Assembly (NCBI GenBank): GCA_050298595.1
Contig: JBNKUM010000008.1
Location: forward strand, 128,001 to 192,000
Direction: 5' to 3'
Source: Gammaproteobacteria bacterium
GTDB taxonomy: Bacteria; Pseudomonadota; Gammaproteobacteria; GCA-001735895
DNA length: 64,000 nucleotides
The translations under genes were made by a program, and so were the position numbers. Below, in pieces: positions 12,403-24,702 of the stretch (position 1 is the first letter of the stretch; every line of letters starts with the position of its first letter). The notes beneath the pieces were generated by a model. The model was not told where the DNA came from and made no database searches. It saw only the letters and a program-made list of their open reading frames with translations.

Positions 12403-13746
12403 TCAGTCTGCTCCAGCAGATTCCACCACCGCATCAGCGATTCGATGCGCAAGTGACTCTACCTGATCAGCATCCTGCCCCTCAACCATAACCCTGATCA
12501 GGGGCTCGGTACCAGAAGGTCTTAATAGTACTCGGCCCTTACCAGCTAATTCCTGCTCAGCCTTTTCTACAGCTTTTGAAATCAGAGGGAAGTCTCCAGG
12601 ATTTATTTTCGAGGCAATAGGCACATTAACCATACATTGAGGGTATTTGCTCATACCTTGCCGTAATTCGGCCAATGTCTGTTTATTATTCACCATTGAC
12701 TCGAGAACCTGTAACGCCGCAATAATGCCATCGCCGGTAGTGGTTTGATTTAGAGATATAATATGCCCGGAAGACTCTCCGCCCAGATACCAGTCATTTG
12801 CCTTGAGTTTTTCCATCACATATCGATCACCAACATTAGCGCGTTCAAATGGAACTTTGAGTTCTGCCAACGCATGTTCCAGACCCAGATTCGTCATCAG
12901 GGTACCAACGACCCCCCCTTCAAGTTGACCACTCAATTGTTGTTTACGCGCGATAACAAACAGTATTTCGTCACCATCCATGACTTCGCCGCAGGCATCC
13001 ATCATCATCACCCGGTCTCCATCACCATCGAAGGCAATACCCAGATCGGCCTGATTTTCCAGCAGCAGTGAACGCATATTCTGCGGATATAGTGCGCCAC
13101 AATCCTTGTTGATATTCAAACCATCAGGAGACACGCCCATCTCAATAACTTCTGCGCCTAGTTCGCGGAATATGTGCGGCGCGACATGATAGGTTGCACC
13201 ATTAGCACAATCTAATACAACCTTCATTCCCCTCAGGGTGGTTCGAAATGGAATCGAGTTTTTGCAAAATTCAATATAGCGACTTCTGGAATCCTCCATC
13301 CGATAAACCTTACCCAAATCCTTGGATTCCACCATCAGCATGGGCTGATCCATCATATCTTCTATTTCATGCTCCACCGAATCGGGTAACTTATAGCCAT
13401 CTCCGCTAAAGAATTTAATTCCATCATCGTAGTAAGGGTTATGCGATGCACTAATCACGATACCTGCAGTGGCACGCTGCGCCTGAGTCATATAAGCAAC
13501 TGCCGGTGTCGGCATAGGCCCCATCAAGGTTACATCCAGTCCGGCTGCCGCCAGACCTGCTTCCAGCGAAGCCTCAAAAATATAGCCTGATATCCGGGTA
13601 TCCTTGCCGATTACCACATGGCCTTCACCCTGCTTGCCAAGCACCTTACCAGCAGCCCAACCCAGCTTCATAATAAAATCAGCCGTCATAGGTTCCTGAC
13701 CTACACGACCACGAATGCCATCCGTTCCAAAAAATTTACGCGCCAT
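12403..13746 (-). CDS. glmM: Phosphoglucosamine mutase
   Basis: [30 protein letters not shown]. Confidence 0.98.
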   Translation of the reverse strand: MARKFFGTDGIRGRVGQEPMTADFIMKLGWAAGKVLGKQGEGHVVIGKDTRISGYIFEASLEAGLAAAGLDVTLMGPMPTPAVAYMTQAQRATAGIVISASHNPYYDDGIKFFSGDGYKLPDSVEHEIEDMMDQPMLMVESKDLGKVYRMEDSRSRYIEFCKNSIPFRTTLRGMKVVLDCANGATYHVAPHIFRELGAEVIEMGVSPDGLNINKDCGALYPQNMRSLLLENQADLGIAFDGDGDRVMMMDACGEVMDGDEILFVIARKQQLSGQLEGGVVGTLMTNLGLEHALAELKVPFERANVGDRYVMEKLKANDWYLGGESSGHIISLNQTTTGDGIIAALQVLESMVNNKQTLAELRQGMSKYPQCMVNVPIASKINPGDFPLISKAVEKAEQELAGKGRVLLRPSGTEPLIRVMVEGQDADQVESLAHRIADAVVESAGAD

Positions 13747-13754
13747 CTTAATCC

Positions 13755-14588
13755 TCAGTATTCTATAGCTGTCTGCTTAAGTGTCTGCACTATAGCCAAT
13801 GCCTGTCGGGTTTCTGTGACATCGTGCACACGGATAATATGCGCGCCAAGCATGGCACTGATCACTGCCGCAGAGACACTGCCATACACCCTTTCATCAA
13901 CAGGTTTATCTAGCACCAGTCCGACCATGCTTTTACGCGACAAGCCCACCAGCAAGGGGTAACCCATCTCGACAAACTCTGGCAACGCTTTCAGTAATTG
14001 ATAATTTTGATCCAGAGTTTTACCAAATCCAAACCCGGGATCAATGATTAAGTTTTGTTTTTTTATACCTGCTGCCTGAGCGGCAAATAATCGATCGTGC
14101 AGAAAACGCTTAACCTCTTTGAGCACCGACTCATACTCAGGGTTTTGCTGCATATTATCGGGACTGCCCTGCATATGCATCAAACAAACAGGTAATCCAG
14201 AGTCGGCCGCAGCCTGCATAGCACCCTCGCGACGTAAGGCCCACACATCATTGATCATATTTACCCCAGCAGCACTAGCTACACGCATTACCTCGGCTTT
14301 GCTGGTATCAATTGAAATAGGTATGTCTGAAAATGCACGAATACTTTCAATAAGCGGGATAGTGCGACTGATTTCCTCATCCACCGAAACATCTGCTGCG
14401 CCAGGACGCGTTGACTCACCGCCTATATCGAGAATATCCGCCCCCTCGTCAATCAGCCTGCGCGCCTGCTCTAGCGCTTTATCATGGCTAAGGAAATGCC
14501 CGCCATCGGAAAACGAATCCGGTGTTGTATTGATAATACCCATGACTGACAGGGCTTTTAAATCGAGGATAGATGATTTGCTGAACAT
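13755..14588 (-). CDS. folP: Dihydropteroate synthase
   Basis: [43 protein letters not shown]. Confidence 0.98.
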   Translation of the reverse strand: MFSKSSILDLKALSVMGIINTTPDSFSDGGHFLSHDKALEQARRLIDEGADILDIGGESTRPGAADVSVDEEISRTIPLIESIRAFSDIPISIDTSKAEVMRVASAAGVNMINDVWALRREGAMQAAADSGLPVCLMHMQGSPDNMQQNPEYESVLKEVKRFLHDRLFAAQAAGIKKQNLIIDPGFGFGKTLDQNYQLLKALPEFVEMGYPLLVGLSRKSMVGLVLDKPVDERVYGSVSAAVISAMLGAHIIRVHDVTETRQALAIVQTLKQTAIEY

Positions 14589-14672
14589 TGAATTAAGGCT
14601 GAGATTGAATTGATTACGCCTAATTTTAAACCACTAAAAAAGATGGCGTAAGTAGTTATTTGCAGTGCAATT

Positions 14673-14697
14673 GAAGAAGGCCGGTCACCCGGCCTTC
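14673..14697 (-). terminator. Hairpin/terminator after ftsH
   Basis: GAAGGCCGG-tcac-CCGGCCTTC perfect 9-bp stem just after the ftsH stop; weak U tract. Confidence 0.55.
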
Positions 14698-14706
14698 ATT
14701 TAAGTC

Positions 14707-16644
14707 TTAATGCAAACTTGCTGGATCAGATAAATCCGCTTTTTTCTTATCCTTTGATTCAGCCTTGGTAGCACCCGCACCACCACTATCGGAAGGATCA
14801 TCCGAGCCATTGCTGGTCCAGTCCTCTGGAGGACCTGGCACATGGCCTTGCATAATGGCATCGATCTGACTGACATCAATAGTTTCATACTTCATCAAAG
14901 CATCCGCCATCAAATGAAGCTTATCTTCATTTTCTGTCAGGATTTTCAATGAACGCTCGTAGTTTCGATCAATAATGCCGCGAATCTCAGAATCTATCGC
15001 CTGAGCAGTTTCATCCGAAACCATTTTATTTTTGGTGACAGACTTACCCAGAAAGACCTCTCCCTCTTCCTCAATATAGGTCAATGGACCCATACGATCT
15101 GAAAGCCCCCATTTGGTCACCATATTCCGCGCCAGGCTGGTAGCACGTTCAATATCATTGGAAGCACCTGTGGTGACAGCATCTGCACCAAAGATTATTT
15201 GCTCGGCAATACGCCCACCGAACAGACTGGAAATATTACTTTCCAGATGTTGTCGACTAGCACTATAACGGTCATCCTCTGGCAGGAACATAGTCACACC
15301 CAGAGCACGTCCACGCGGAATGATTGACACCTTGTATACAGGATCGTGATCCGGCACCAGACGTCCGACAATAGCATGCCCAGCTTCATGATAAGCGGTC
15401 AGCTTTTTCTCATCTTCTTTCATGATCATAGACTTGCGCTCAGCACCCATCATGATCTTATCCTTAGCACGTTCAAATTCGGCCATGCTAACAAGTTTTT
15501 TATTGCCACGTGCAGCAAACAGTGCGGCTTCATTCACCAGATTGGCTAGATCAGCACCAGAAAATCCAGGGGTACCACGCGCAATCACCATCGCATCAAC
15601 ATTGTCTGCAGCAGGAACTTTACGCATATGAACCTTCAGGATATGAGCACGACCACGAACATCCGGTAATGGCACCACGACCTGACGATCAAATCGACCT
15701 GGACGAAGTAGCGCAGGATCTAGCACATCAGGACGGTTAGTTGCGGCAATTACAATAACACCTTCGTTGCCTTCAAAACCATCCATCTCAACCAGTAACT
15801 GGTTCAGGGTTTGCTCGCGCTCATCGTGACCACCACCCAGGCCAGCGCCACGATGACGACCAACCGCATCAATTTCATCGATGAAGATAATGCAGGGACT
15901 ATGCTTCTTGGCCTGTTCAAACATATCACGAACACGTGATGCACCGACACCAACAAACATTTCCACAAAATCGGAACCGGAGATAGTAAAGAAAGGTACC
16001 TTGGCCTCACCTGCAATCGCTTTTGCTAACAGAGTTTTACCAGTACCGGGTGAGCCCACCATTAATACGCCGCGAGGAATCTTGCCACCCAGCTTCTGGA
16101 ATTTGGCTGGGTCGCTTAGGAATTCAACCAGTTCAGCCACATCTTCTTTGGCTTCATCAACACCGGCCACATCATTAAAGGTTACATTAACCTGATCTTC
16201 ACCCAATAAACGGGCTTTGGATTTGCCAAAAGACATAGCACCACGACCGCCACCACCGCCCTGCATCTGGCGCATGAAGAAAATCCATAAACCGATCAGA
16301 ATAATAAATGGGAACCAGCTAATAAACATATGAGCCAGCAAGGAAGGCTGTTCGGGTGGCTTGGACATAATCTGTACGCCAGCCTTCTCAAGATCACCTA
16401 TGAGTGGAGAGTTATTAGTTTCTGGACTATAGGTCGAAAAAGTAGCCCCACTGATCAATTTTCCGTTGATCTGCTGCCCTTCGATCAACACCTCACTAAT
16501 CTGCCCGGCACGAACCTGAGACAGAAATTCGGAATAGATCATATTTCTACCGGATGTACTGCGGTCACCAAAATTCTGAAACACTGATAACAGAACTACC
16601 GCGATCACAACCCATAGGATTAAATTCTTTGCTACGTCATTCAC
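14707..16644 (-). CDS. ftsH: ATP-dependent zinc metalloprotease FtsH
   Basis: GSPGTGKT Walker [15 protein letters not shown] zinc motif, two N-terminal TM segments. Confidence 0.99.
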   Translation of the reverse strand: MNDVAKNLILWVVIAVVLLSVFQNFGDRSTSGRNMIYSEFLSQVRAGQISEVLIEGQQINGKLISGATFSTYSPETNNSPLIGDLEKAGVQIMSKPPEQPSLLAHMFISWFPFIILIGLWIFFMRQMQGGGGGRGAMSFGKSKARLLGEDQVNVTFNDVAGVDEAKEDVAELVEFLSDPAKFQKLGGKIPRGVLMVGSPGTGKTLLAKAIAGEAKVPFFTISGSDFVEMFVGVGASRVRDMFEQAKKHSPCIIFIDEIDAVGRHRGAGLGGGHDEREQTLNQLLVEMDGFEGNEGVIVIAATNRPDVLDPALLRPGRFDRQVVVPLPDVRGRAHILKVHMRKVPAADNVDAMVIARGTPGFSGADLANLVNEAALFAARGNKKLVSMAEFERAKDKIMMGAERKSMIMKEDEKKLTAYHEAGHAIVGRLVPDHDPVYKVSIIPRGRALGVTMFLPEDDRYSASRQHLESNISSLFGGRIAEQIIFGADAVTTGASNDIERATSLARNMVTKWGLSDRMGPLTYIEEEGEVFLGKSVTKNKMVSDETAQAIDSEIRGIIDRNYERSLKILTENEDKLHLMADALMKYETIDVSQIDAIMQGHVPGPPEDWTSNGSDDPSDSGGAGATKAESKDKKKADLSDPASLH

Positions 16645-16746
16645 GTTGTTTTCCTATCGTAATCGATACTTTATTTAAACAATCAACTGTATTCTGGCAC
16701 ACAAGACCAATTGAATACAGTTATTATAAGCTATCTAAACTATAGC

Positions 16747-17364
16747 CTATTTCAATCCCTGGCACACAGCGTATACTTCTGGAGAGCGAGGTCTGGAAGC
16801 TTTTGGCTTGCGAAACTTAACTACTTTAAAAGCTTTACGGAACTCTCTGACCATTTCATCGAAGCCCTCACCCTGAAATATTTTGACAGCAAAAGATCCT
16901 TTTTTATCCATAACCTGCAGAGTGAGATCAAAGGCCAGTTCAACAAGATACATCGATTTTGGCTGATCAACTGTCTCAATACCACTAATATTGGGGGCCA
17001 TGTCCGATAATACAAGATCAACTTTTGCGTTATCTACCTGACCCAGTATCTCTTCAAGTACCGATTGTTCAGTAAAATCACCTTCTATGATGACTGCATC
17101 GGCAACCGGGTCCATAGGAAGTATATCTACCGCAATCAAACGCCCTTTATCCCCACAGAACTGACTGGCATATTCAGTCCAGCCTCCAGGAGCCGCCCCC
17201 AGATCAATCACAAACTGGCCTGGCTTGAGTAAACGATCTTTTTCCTGCAGCTCCATTAACTTATACACTGCGCGCGAACGGTAGCCCTCACGACGCGCCT
17301 TTTGCACGTAAGGATCAGCATGATGTTCCTGCAACCAGCGTTGACTACTTTTAGATCGACTCAT
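16747..17364 (-). CDS. rlmE: 23S rRNA Um2552 methyltransferase RlmE/FtsJ
   Basis: GYRSRAVYKL, DLGAAPGGW, SDMAPN, KPKASR. Confidence 0.98.
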   Translation of the reverse strand: MSRSKSSQRWLQEHHADPYVQKARREGYRSRAVYKLMELQEKDRLLKPGQFVIDLGAAPGGWTEYASQFCGDKGRLIAVDILPMDPVADAVIIEGDFTEQSVLEEILGQVDNAKVDLVLSDMAPNISGIETVDQPKSMYLVELAFDLTLQVMDKKGSFAVKIFQGEGFDEMVREFRKAFKVVKFRKPKASRPRSPEVYAVCQGLK

Positions 17365-17433
17365 CTAGATACTCGTTTGAAAAAACCTATGTTACAATCC
17401 GCGCCCTTTTAGCACATGAACTGCGAGCCACCC

Positions 17434-17763
17434 ATGCCACTTTCCAATGCTCAGATTCGAACCCTGCGTTCTGAAGCCCATCGCTTAATGCTGAAACCGG
17501 TTGTTATGATTGGACAAAATGGGTTAAGCGAAAACGTAGTTATTGAATTGCAACAGGCACTCGAACACCACGAATTAATCAAGGTTCGCATTCCCGCCGC
17601 GGAAAAAAACGAAAAATCAGCGATGATTGAAGCTATTTGCCAGCAACAACAGGCGGACCTGATTCAAAGTATCGGCCATGTGGTCGTAATTTACAAACTC
17701 AACCCCAAGATTGGTCGATTCAAGAAATTACTTGCCAGCAAAAAGCAGTCAGCTACAGACTAG
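17434..17763 (+). CDS. yhbY: CRM-domain RNA-binding protein YhbY
   Basis: [33 protein letters not shown]; divergent from rlmE; start placed at MPLSN. Confidence 0.93.
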   Translation: MPLSNAQIRTLRSEAHRLMLKPVVMIGQNGLSENVVIELQQALEHHELIKVRIPAAEKNEKSAMIEAICQQQQADLIQSIGHVVVIYKLNPKIGRFKKLLASKKQSATD

Positions 17764-18236
17764 CGGTAATGCACCGCAGTAATTTCGTACTCCTTATCAC
17801 CACCTGGTGCCTGTACCGTAATATCTTCCCCCTCTTCCTTGCCAATTAGAGCTCTTGCAATAGGAGAGCTGATTGCGATTCGATTGTGATTGATATCTGC
17901 TTCAACATCACCAACAATCTGGTAGGAAACCTCTTCTTCAGTTTCAACATTAATTAAATCGACGGTACAGCCAAATACTACTCGGCCAGTTTGTGGAAGC
18001 TTGGTAACATCAATGACCCGCCCATTGGACAGCACCGACTCAAGCTCCTTGATTCGACCTTCGATAAAACCCTGTTGCTCACGCGCCGCATGGTATTCTG
18101 CATTTTCTTTCAGATCACCATGTTCACGAGCTACTGCAATAGCTTCGATAACCTCTGGACGTTTTACCGATTTAAGTTCTTTTAATTCCAGTCTCAGGCG
18201 TTCAGCGCCGGAAACAGTCAAAGGAGTCTGACTCAT
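17760..18236 (-). CDS. greA: Transcription elongation factor GreA
   Basis: [26 protein letters not shown]. Confidence 0.98.
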   Translation of the reverse strand: MSQTPLTVSGAERLRLELKELKSVKRPEVIEAIAVAREHGDLKENAEYHAAREQQGFIEGRIKELESVLSNGRVIDVTKLPQTGRVVFGCTVDLINVETEEEVSYQIVGDVEADINHNRIAISSPIARALIGKEEGEDITVQAPGGDKEYEITAVHYR

Positions 18237-18281
18237 AGTTTACCCATTTATTAATTTCTTCAAAAAGTATGCTGATACAGT

Positions 18282-21200
18282 TCAGGAATGCAAACCTTGC
18301 AAACTGTACACTTCTTTAACCTTGCGATGATCCATCGCCATACAGGTGGCTAAGCCACCCGCCAATGTGGTGGTATAGGTCACACCCTGCATCAGGGCTT
18401 CACGCCGGATGGCGTAGGAATCTGCGATAGCTGCACGACCTTCAGTGGTATTCACAATCATATCAATTTCAAAATTCTTAATCATATCAACAATATGTGG
18501 ACGACCTTCTTTCACCTTATTGACCTGCTGACAGGGGATTCCAGCCTGCTGAATCGTTCTTGCAGTGCCACCGGTTGCAACCAGCTCAAACCCTTTGCTG
18601 ACAAGATCCGCCGCCAGCTTATGTACGGCCGGTTTATCATGATCGCGCACACTGAGAAAAACTTTCCCTCTTTCAGGCAACATAGTTCCTGCTGCCAGCA
18701 GGCCTTTGGCAAAGGCTTCGGCAAACGTCTTACCTATACCCATAACCTCGCCAGTAGACTTCATTTCAGGCCCCAGAATCGGATCAACACCCTGAAATTT
18801 TGCAAATGGGAAAACGGATTCTTTTACTGCAACAAAATTCGGTATTACCTGTTTAGAGTAGCCCTGTGACTTCAACGTTTGCCCTGCCATGCAACGGGCA
18901 GCTACCTTGGCAAGAGGCACTCCGGTTGCTTTCGAAACAAAGGGCACAGTACGCGAAGCGCGAGGATTGACTTCCAGAATATAAATATCGCTGCCCTTGA
19001 TAGCAAACTGGGTATTCATAAGACCAACAACATTCAACGCCTTCGCCATCGCCTCGACCTGAACACAAAGTTCCTGCTGAATCTCAGCGGATAAGGTATA
19101 GGGTGGCAATGAACACGCTGAGTCGCCTGAATGCACACCAGCCTGCTCGATATGTTCCATCAAACCACCGATAAACACATCCTGTCCATCGCATACGGCA
19201 TCTACATCAACCTCTACCGCATCATCCAGAAATCGATCCAGTAACACCGGTGAGTCCTTGGTGACCTTAACGGCTTCGGTCATATAGCGAGCCAGATCTT
19301 CCTGATCGTATACGATTTCCATTGCGCGACCACCCAGTACATAGGAAGGACGCACTACCAGTGGGAAACCCACCTCTTCTGCCAATGCTGCTGAAGATGC
19401 GACATCAAAAGCGATGCGATTGGGTGGCTGACGTAATTTCAAACCGTGAATCATCTGCTGGAACCTTTCACGATCCTCTGCCAGATCAATAGAGTCTGGA
19501 GTGGTACCTATAATCGGCACACCTGCAGCTTCCAATGAGCGCGCCAGATTCAGCGGGGTTTGTCCTCCAAACTGTACAATCACGCCTTTAGGCTGTTCCA
19601 GATGGATGATTTCCATAACATCTTCAAGCGTCAACGGTTCAAAATAGAGCCGATCGGAAGTGTCATAATCGGTAGATACGGTTTCTGGATTACAGTTGAC
19701 CATGATGGTTTCATAGCCATCTTCACGCATTGCCATGGCCGCATGCACACAACAATAATCAAATTCTATGCCCTGGCCAATACGGTTTGGCCCACCACCC
19801 AGAACCACAATTTTATCGCGACTTGTAGCTTCGGCTTCGCATTCCATTTCATAGCTTGAGTATAAATAAGCGGTAGAGGATGCAAACTCAGCGGCACAGG
19901 TATCTACGCGCTTATACACCGGGCGAATATTTAAATCGCGACGAGCTGTTGAAACGGCCAGCTCATCGGCATTCAGCAACTCGGCCAGTCTTCTGTCAGC
20001 AAACCCTTTACGCTTAAGCTGGAAGAATTCATCCGCAGTAATGGATTCGAGAGCACGGCCTTTCAGGGATTGCTCGATACTGACCAGTTGTTCTATTTGT
20101 ACCAGAAACCAGGGATCGATTGCAGACATATCAAAAATCTGCTGGACGCTATAACCCGATCTAAATGCATCTGCTACATACCAGATGCGATTTGCGCCTG
20201 GTAACCTGAGCTCAGTGCGATATAACTCTTCTTGCTGCTCGGCGGACAATTCGTCCTGCTTGACGATTTCTTCCAGGCCGAAAATGCCAATCTCCAGACC
20301 GCGTAGTGCCTTCTGGAAAGACTCCTGAAAACTGCGCCCAATTGCCATCACTTCGCCCACCGATTTCATCTGGGTACCCAGACGATCATCCGCCTGCGAG
20401 AATTTCTCGAAGGTAAAACGAGGGATTTTGGTTACGACATAATCGATAGAGGGTTCAAAAGATGCAGGAGTGGCACCACCGGTAATATCATTCTGAAGCT
20501 CATCCAGTGTATAACCTGCAGCCAGCTTGGCGGCCACTTTAGCGATTGGGAAACCCGTCGCTTTGGAAGCCAGCGCTGATGAGCGTGACACCCGTGGATT
20601 CATTTCAATGATGATCATTTCACCATTTTCCGGATTGATCGCAAACTGCACGTTTGAACCACCGGTTTCCACACCAATCTTACGCAGCACCGCCAGCGAG
20701 GCATCACGCATGATTTGATATTCTTTATCGGTCAGGGTTTGAGCAGGCGCAACGGTTATCGAATCGCCGGTATGTACTCCCATCGGGTCTAGATTTTCTA
20801 TCGAACAGATAATGATGCAATTATCATTTTTATCACGCACCACTTCCATTTCGTATTCTTTCCAGCCAAGTACCGATTTTTCTATCAGAACCTCGCTGGT
20901 AGGGGAAAGATCCAGACCGCGCTTGATAATATCTTCAAACTCATCACGATTATAGGCAATTCCGCCACCACTGCCGCCCATAGTAAAAGAGGGACGAATA
21001 ATGACGGGGAAACCAATCTGGGGGTGACCCTGCCAGGCTTCTTCCAGACTATGCGCAATAAATGATTTTGGTGTATTAAGCCCAATTTCAGCCATCGCCT
21101 TTCTAAACTGGTCACGATCTTCTGCCATATCAATGGCTTCCCGGCTGGCGCCAATCATTTCTACGCCATGCTTTTCCAGAACGCCTTCGCGCACCAGATC

Positions 21201-21500
21201 CAGTGCGCAGTTGAGTGCTGTCTGTCCACCCATCGTTGGCAGCAGAGCATCAGGCTTTTCTTTTTCGATGATCTTTTCCACTGCCGTCCAGTGAATCGGT
21301 TCGATATAAACCGCATCCGCTGTATCCGGATCGGTCATGATGGTGGCGGGGTTGGAATTGATCAGAATAACTCTAAAGCCTTCTTCCTTTAAAGCCTTAC
21401 AGGCCTGAGCACCAGAATAATCAAATTCGCAGGCCTGCCCGATAACAATAGGACCTGCCCCTATGATCAGAATGCTTTGAATATCTTGTCTACGTGGCAT
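18282..21500 (-). CDS. carB: Carbamoyl-phosphate synthase large subunit
   Basis: [15 protein letters not shown], duplicated ATP-grasp halves, [12 protein letters not shown]. Confidence 0.99.
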   Translation of the reverse strand: MPRRQDIQSILIIGAGPIVIGQACEFDYSGAQACKALKEEGFRVILINSNPATIMTDPDTADAVYIEPIHWTAVEKIIEKEKPDALLPTMGGQTALNCALDLVREGVLEKHGVEMIGASREAIDMAEDRDQFRKAMAEIGLNTPKSFIAHSLEEAWQGHPQIGFPVIIRPSFTMGGSGGGIAYNRDEFEDIIKRGLDLSPTSEVLIEKSVLGWKEYEMEVVRDKNDNCIIICSIENLDPMGVHTGDSITVAPAQTLTDKEYQIMRDASLAVLRKIGVETGGSNVQFAINPENGEMIIIEMNPRVSRSSALASKATGFPIAKVAAKLAAGYTLDELQNDITGGATPASFEPSIDYVVTKIPRFTFEKFSQADDRLGTQMKSVGEVMAIGRSFQESFQKALRGLEIGIFGLEEIVKQDELSAEQQEELYRTELRLPGANRIWYVADAFRSGYSVQQIFDMSAIDPWFLVQIEQLVSIEQSLKGRALESITADEFFQLKRKGFADRRLAELLNADELAVSTARRDLNIRPVYKRVDTCAAEFASSTAYLYSSYEMECEAEATSRDKIVVLGGGPNRIGQGIEFDYCCVHAAMAMREDGYETIMVNCNPETVSTDYDTSDRLYFEPLTLEDVMEIIHLEQPKGVIVQFGGQTPLNLARSLEAAGVPIIGTTPDSIDLAEDRERFQQMIHGLKLRQPPNRIAFDVASSAALAEEVGFPLVVRPSYVLGGRAMEIVYDQEDLARYMTEAVKVTKDSPVLLDRFLDDAVEVDVDAVCDGQDVFIGGLMEHIEQAGVHSGDSACSLPPYTLSAEIQQELCVQVEAMAKALNVVGLMNTQFAIKGSDIYILEVNPRASRTVPFVSKATGVPLAKVAARCMAGQTLKSQGYSKQVIPNFVAVKESVFPFAKFQGVDPILGPEMKSTGEVMGIGKTFAEAFAKGLLAAGTMLPERGKVFLSVRDHDKPAVHKLAADLVSKGFELVATGGTARTIQQAGIPCQQVNKVKEGRPHIVDMIKNFEIDMIVNTTEGRAAIADSYAIRREALMQGVTYTTTLAGGLATCMAMDHRKVKEVYSLQGLHS

Positions 21501-22642
21501 CAGGCTTGCCCTCCCTGTGCTTTAAGCTCTATTAGCTCAAAGAAATGATCGAATAAGGGAGACACATCATGCGGGCCAGGACTGGCTTCAGGATGCCCCT
21601 GAAAACTAAAAGCTGGCTTATCGGTGCGATGGACAGCCTGTAGTGAGCCATCGAATAAGGAGCGATGGGTTGCTTTTAAATTTGCAGGTAAGCTTTCTTC
21701 ATCTACAGCAAACCCATGGTTCTGACTGGTAATCATCACCACGCCAGACGCCAGATCCTGCACAGGATGGTTAGCACCATGATGACCGAACTTCATTTTC
21801 ACCGTTTTGGCTCCACTGGCTAATGACAATAATTGATGCCCCAGACAGATACCGAAAATAGGTATTTCTGTCTGTAAAAACTGCTGGATAGCTTCTATCG
21901 CATAATCGCAGGGCTCTGGATCACCTGGGCCATTGGATAGAAAAATGCCATCTGGCTGCATTGCCAGAACATCTGTTGCTGGGGTTTGTGCGGGTACCAC
22001 GGTGACACGAGCACCACGTTCGCAGAGCATGCGTAAGATATTCTTCTTTACACCATAATCGTAAGCGACCACATGATAAGGGGTAGATTCAGCCTGCTGA
22101 TGTCCCTCAGTCAAAGACCAGACAGTTTCTGTCCATGGATATTGTTGCTGGGTTGTGACTTCTTTTGCCAGATCCATTCCCGCCAGACCTGGAAAATCTT
22201 GTGCTGCTGCAATAGCCTGAGCTTCATCTATATCTTCGCCCGCCATAATGGCACCATTTTGCGCACCCTTTTCTCTTAACAGTCGGGTTAACTGTCTGGT
22301 ATCGATATCTGCAATGGCTACAACATTGTTTTGTTTGAGATAATCTCCCAAAGACATTTCGCTGCGCCAGTTACTCGCCAAAAGCGGTAAATCTCGAATC
22401 ACCAGGCCACTGGCGTGGATTTGATCGGCCTCTTCATCTTCACGAGTTACCCCGGTATTACCGATATGTGGATAGGTTAAAGTAATTATCTGGCGAGCAT
22501 AGGATGGATCGGTCAAAATTTCCTGATATCCAGTCATCGAGGTATTGAAAACCACCTCCCCCTGGGTCAGACCATTTGATCCAATCGCTATACCCTTAAA
22601 GATGGTTCCATCTTGCAGGGCGAGTATGGCAGGTACCGTCAC
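21500..22642 (-). CDS. carA: Carbamoyl-phosphate synthase small subunit
   Basis: [38 protein letters not shown]. Confidence 0.99.
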   Translation of the reverse strand: MTVPAILALQDGTIFKGIAIGSNGLTQGEVVFNTSMTGYQEILTDPSYARQIITLTYPHIGNTGVTREDEEADQIHASGLVIRDLPLLASNWRSEMSLGDYLKQNNVVAIADIDTRQLTRLLREKGAQNGAIMAGEDIDEAQAIAAAQDFPGLAGMDLAKEVTTQQQYPWTETVWSLTEGHQQAESTPYHVVAYDYGVKKNILRMLCERGARVTVVPAQTPATDVLAMQPDGIFLSNGPGDPEPCDYAIEAIQQFLQTEIPIFGICLGHQLLSLASGAKTVKMKFGHHGANHPVQDLASGVVMITSQNHGFAVDEESLPANLKATHRSLFDGSLQAVHRTDKPAFSFQGHPEASPGPHDVSPLFDHFFELIELKAQGGQA

Positions 22643-22690
22643 AATTTCTCCGCTGTTAAATTAATGACCCAGACTGAAATGGGCGCGCAC

Positions 22691-22763
22691 AAAAATGGGA
22701 TGAGCCACTGGTTCACCCCACTTACTGAAAAATTTTATTGAGATAATACTGAGGAAACAGCAT
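22691..22763 (-). promoter_or_regulatory. Putative carA leader attenuator (13-aa leader ORF followed by terminator hairpin)
   Basis: ORF 22763-22722 (MLFPQYYLNKIFQ*) followed directly by TGGGGTGAACCAGTGGCTCATCCCA-TTTTT; candidate promoter TAGACA-18 nt-TAGAAT at 22807-22778. Confidence 0.55.
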
Positions 22764-22845
22764 TTTCCTGAGTGCGTATTCTAGGGTATAACCCCCAGGA
22801 GTGTCTATGAATGAATGGATTTTATGCAAATCTTGTCACTCTTAA

Positions 22846-23084
22846 ACCTAGAATCCGCAGTTGGACGATCGGAAGTGTGCGTTTGCGGTGGTGTAGATCA
22901 AGGCGTGACGACGCGGAATAGCGGGCTATTCCAGGGAGTTACAACGCAGAGATACACCGCCGCAAACGTGCAATTCAGCTCGTAGCGGGATTCGCCTGTT
23001 GGGTGAAACAGATAAATCGAGTTTAATGGTTTACGAAACAGAGGGTTACACTTTAATGCGAGCGGTTAACTGCGGAATCTAGGT
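22846..23084. mobile_element. MITE (non-autonomous, 239 bp)
   Basis: 17-bp terminal inverted repeats ACCTAGAATCCGCAGTT / AACTGCGGAATCTAGGT (1 mismatch), flanked on both sides by TAA; internal hairpin GGAATAGC-gg-GCTATTCC; no ORF. Confidence 0.8.
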
Positions 23085-23124
23085 TAAAAGTAACTCCCCT
23101 GAATAGTAAGCGAAAAAATTAGAG

Positions 23125-24675
23125 CTATCCGGCTTTTTTAGTCAAAGCCTTTTTGCATCTTCTGACTGCCTGCAACATCTGGTTTGCATCGGCATAGCGT
23201 TGATAAGGCTTTTTGGATAATGCTTTTTGCAGTATTTGCTTGATGGAATCAGGCACGGTAAGAATACTGAGATCTACCTTCTGGGTGAGTACATTTTTTT
23301 TCATCTCAGACAACTTTTCACCATAAAAGGGTTGATTGCCGGTTAATAGGTGATAAATAGTTACCGCCAGCGAAAAAAGATCTGACCGACCATCAATTCT
23401 TAATCCATTCAACTGCTCGGGGGACATATAGGCGGGGGTTCCTATGATCTTTCTCTCTTCATCTTTATGTCGAAAATCGCTATAAGCAGCACCAAAATCA
23501 GTAAGTATGTAATGTTTGAGTTTATTGTCATACATGATATTGGCTGGTTTTATATCACCATGCACAATGTTTTTTTCATGCGCTGCAGTGAGCGCATCGA
23601 GCACTGATTCCATTATGCGCAAACTCTCCCCCGAGGTAATAAATTTTTTACGCCGCAACCTTTCCGACATGGGATAACCTTCGACATAGTCCATTGCAAT
23701 AAAAGCTCGGTCATCGATGATATCGGCATCGTGAATCTTGACTATATTCGGATGATCAAGTTGAGACGCAGTCAGCGCCTCATGCAAAAAAGTCATCACA
23801 TCACGCGCACCAGTATCATCATTTAACTTATCGTTAAGAATTTTGAGTGCTATTCGTTTATGGGTATGTAAATCGTGAGCGTCATACACAGTTGCGGTCG
23901 CTCCTCGAGCCTTTTTACCCAGTAATTGATACTGGCCGAACTGTTTCGTTTTGGTTGTATCGGAGCTGTCAGTCTGGCTTACACTTTTCTCCTGTTCCAT
24001 TGAATCAATTCTTTCTACAAAGTCCTGCATCCCCGGATCAAACTTGACCAGCCAGGCATAGAGACTGCGCGCTGTCACCCAGTCCTGCTGCTCCTCTAGC
24101 TGCATACCCAGATCGTAAGCCAGCTCGAACATTTCATCTGAAAACGGGCAGTTTTTTAAGATTAACAACGCCGTCTTGAAATCCTTTTGCTGTATATACT
24201 GATTAATCACTTTCACCTGACATACCTGTTCGGGTAATACGAAATTTTTAATCTGTGGAAAACGAACCCACACAAAAAGCACCACCACGGTCAAGCTGAA
24301 CATGATTACCGACCAAACCATAGGCAACCAGATCTGCTGTAACACCGCCAGCAATACTTCGAGCATCAACATAGCAGAAATGATCGGAATTACAAAGATC
24401 AGGGTCAGATGTTTACAACTGCGCAGCAACAAGCACAGGAATACTGCGCCGAACATGAGGCATATCACTAGCCGCTGTAAAAACCAGGGATACCCCTGCT
24501 CAGTGACTGACACTTCCAGATTGAACCTGGGTGTTAAATCTATTAACTGTTGATAAAAAGCGCTTTCCAGACCGATAATAGCAGCATGAAAACTCAGTAA
24601 AATACTGAGTAACAACATACATCCTGTATAAATGAGCATCCATTTGCGTGTTTGAACATCAATCCACATGCCCAT
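23125..24675 (-). CDS. Membrane-anchored Hanks-type Ser/Thr protein kinase
   Basis: about four N-terminal hydrophobic segments, helical linker, kinase motifs IALK, HGDIKPAN, TDFG, GTPAYMSPEQ, SDLFSL. Confidence 0.9.
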   Translation of the reverse strand: MGMWIDVQTRKWMLIYTGCMLLLSILLSFHAAIIGLESAFYQQLIDLTPRFNLEVSVTEQGYPWFLQRLVICLMFGAVFLCLLLRSCKHLTLIFVIPIISAMLMLEVLLAVLQQIWLPMVWSVIMFSLTVVVLFVWVRFPQIKNFVLPEQVCQVKVINQYIQQKDFKTALLILKNCPFSDEMFELAYDLGMQLEEQQDWVTARSLYAWLVKFDPGMQDFVERIDSMEQEKSVSQTDSSDTTKTKQFGQYQLLGKKARGATATVYDAHDLHTHKRIALKILNDKLNDDTGARDVMTFLHEALTASQLDHPNIVKIHDADIIDDRAFIAMDYVEGYPMSERLRRKKFITSGESLRIMESVLDALTAAHEKNIVHGDIKPANIMYDNKLKHYILTDFGAAYSDFRHKDEERKIIGTPAYMSPEQLNGLRIDGRSDLFSLAVTIYHLLTGNQPFYGEKLSEMKKNVLTQKVDLSILTVPDSIKQILQKALSKKPYQRYADANQMLQAVRRCKKALTKKAG

Positions 24676-24702
24676 TCAATCGGTTTGTGTCATTTAATAT
24701 TT

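Noticed and set aside
14614-14651. TTACGCC...GGCGTAA inverted repeat upstream of folP
   Set aside because: 7-bp arms with a 24-nt loop; too weak to call
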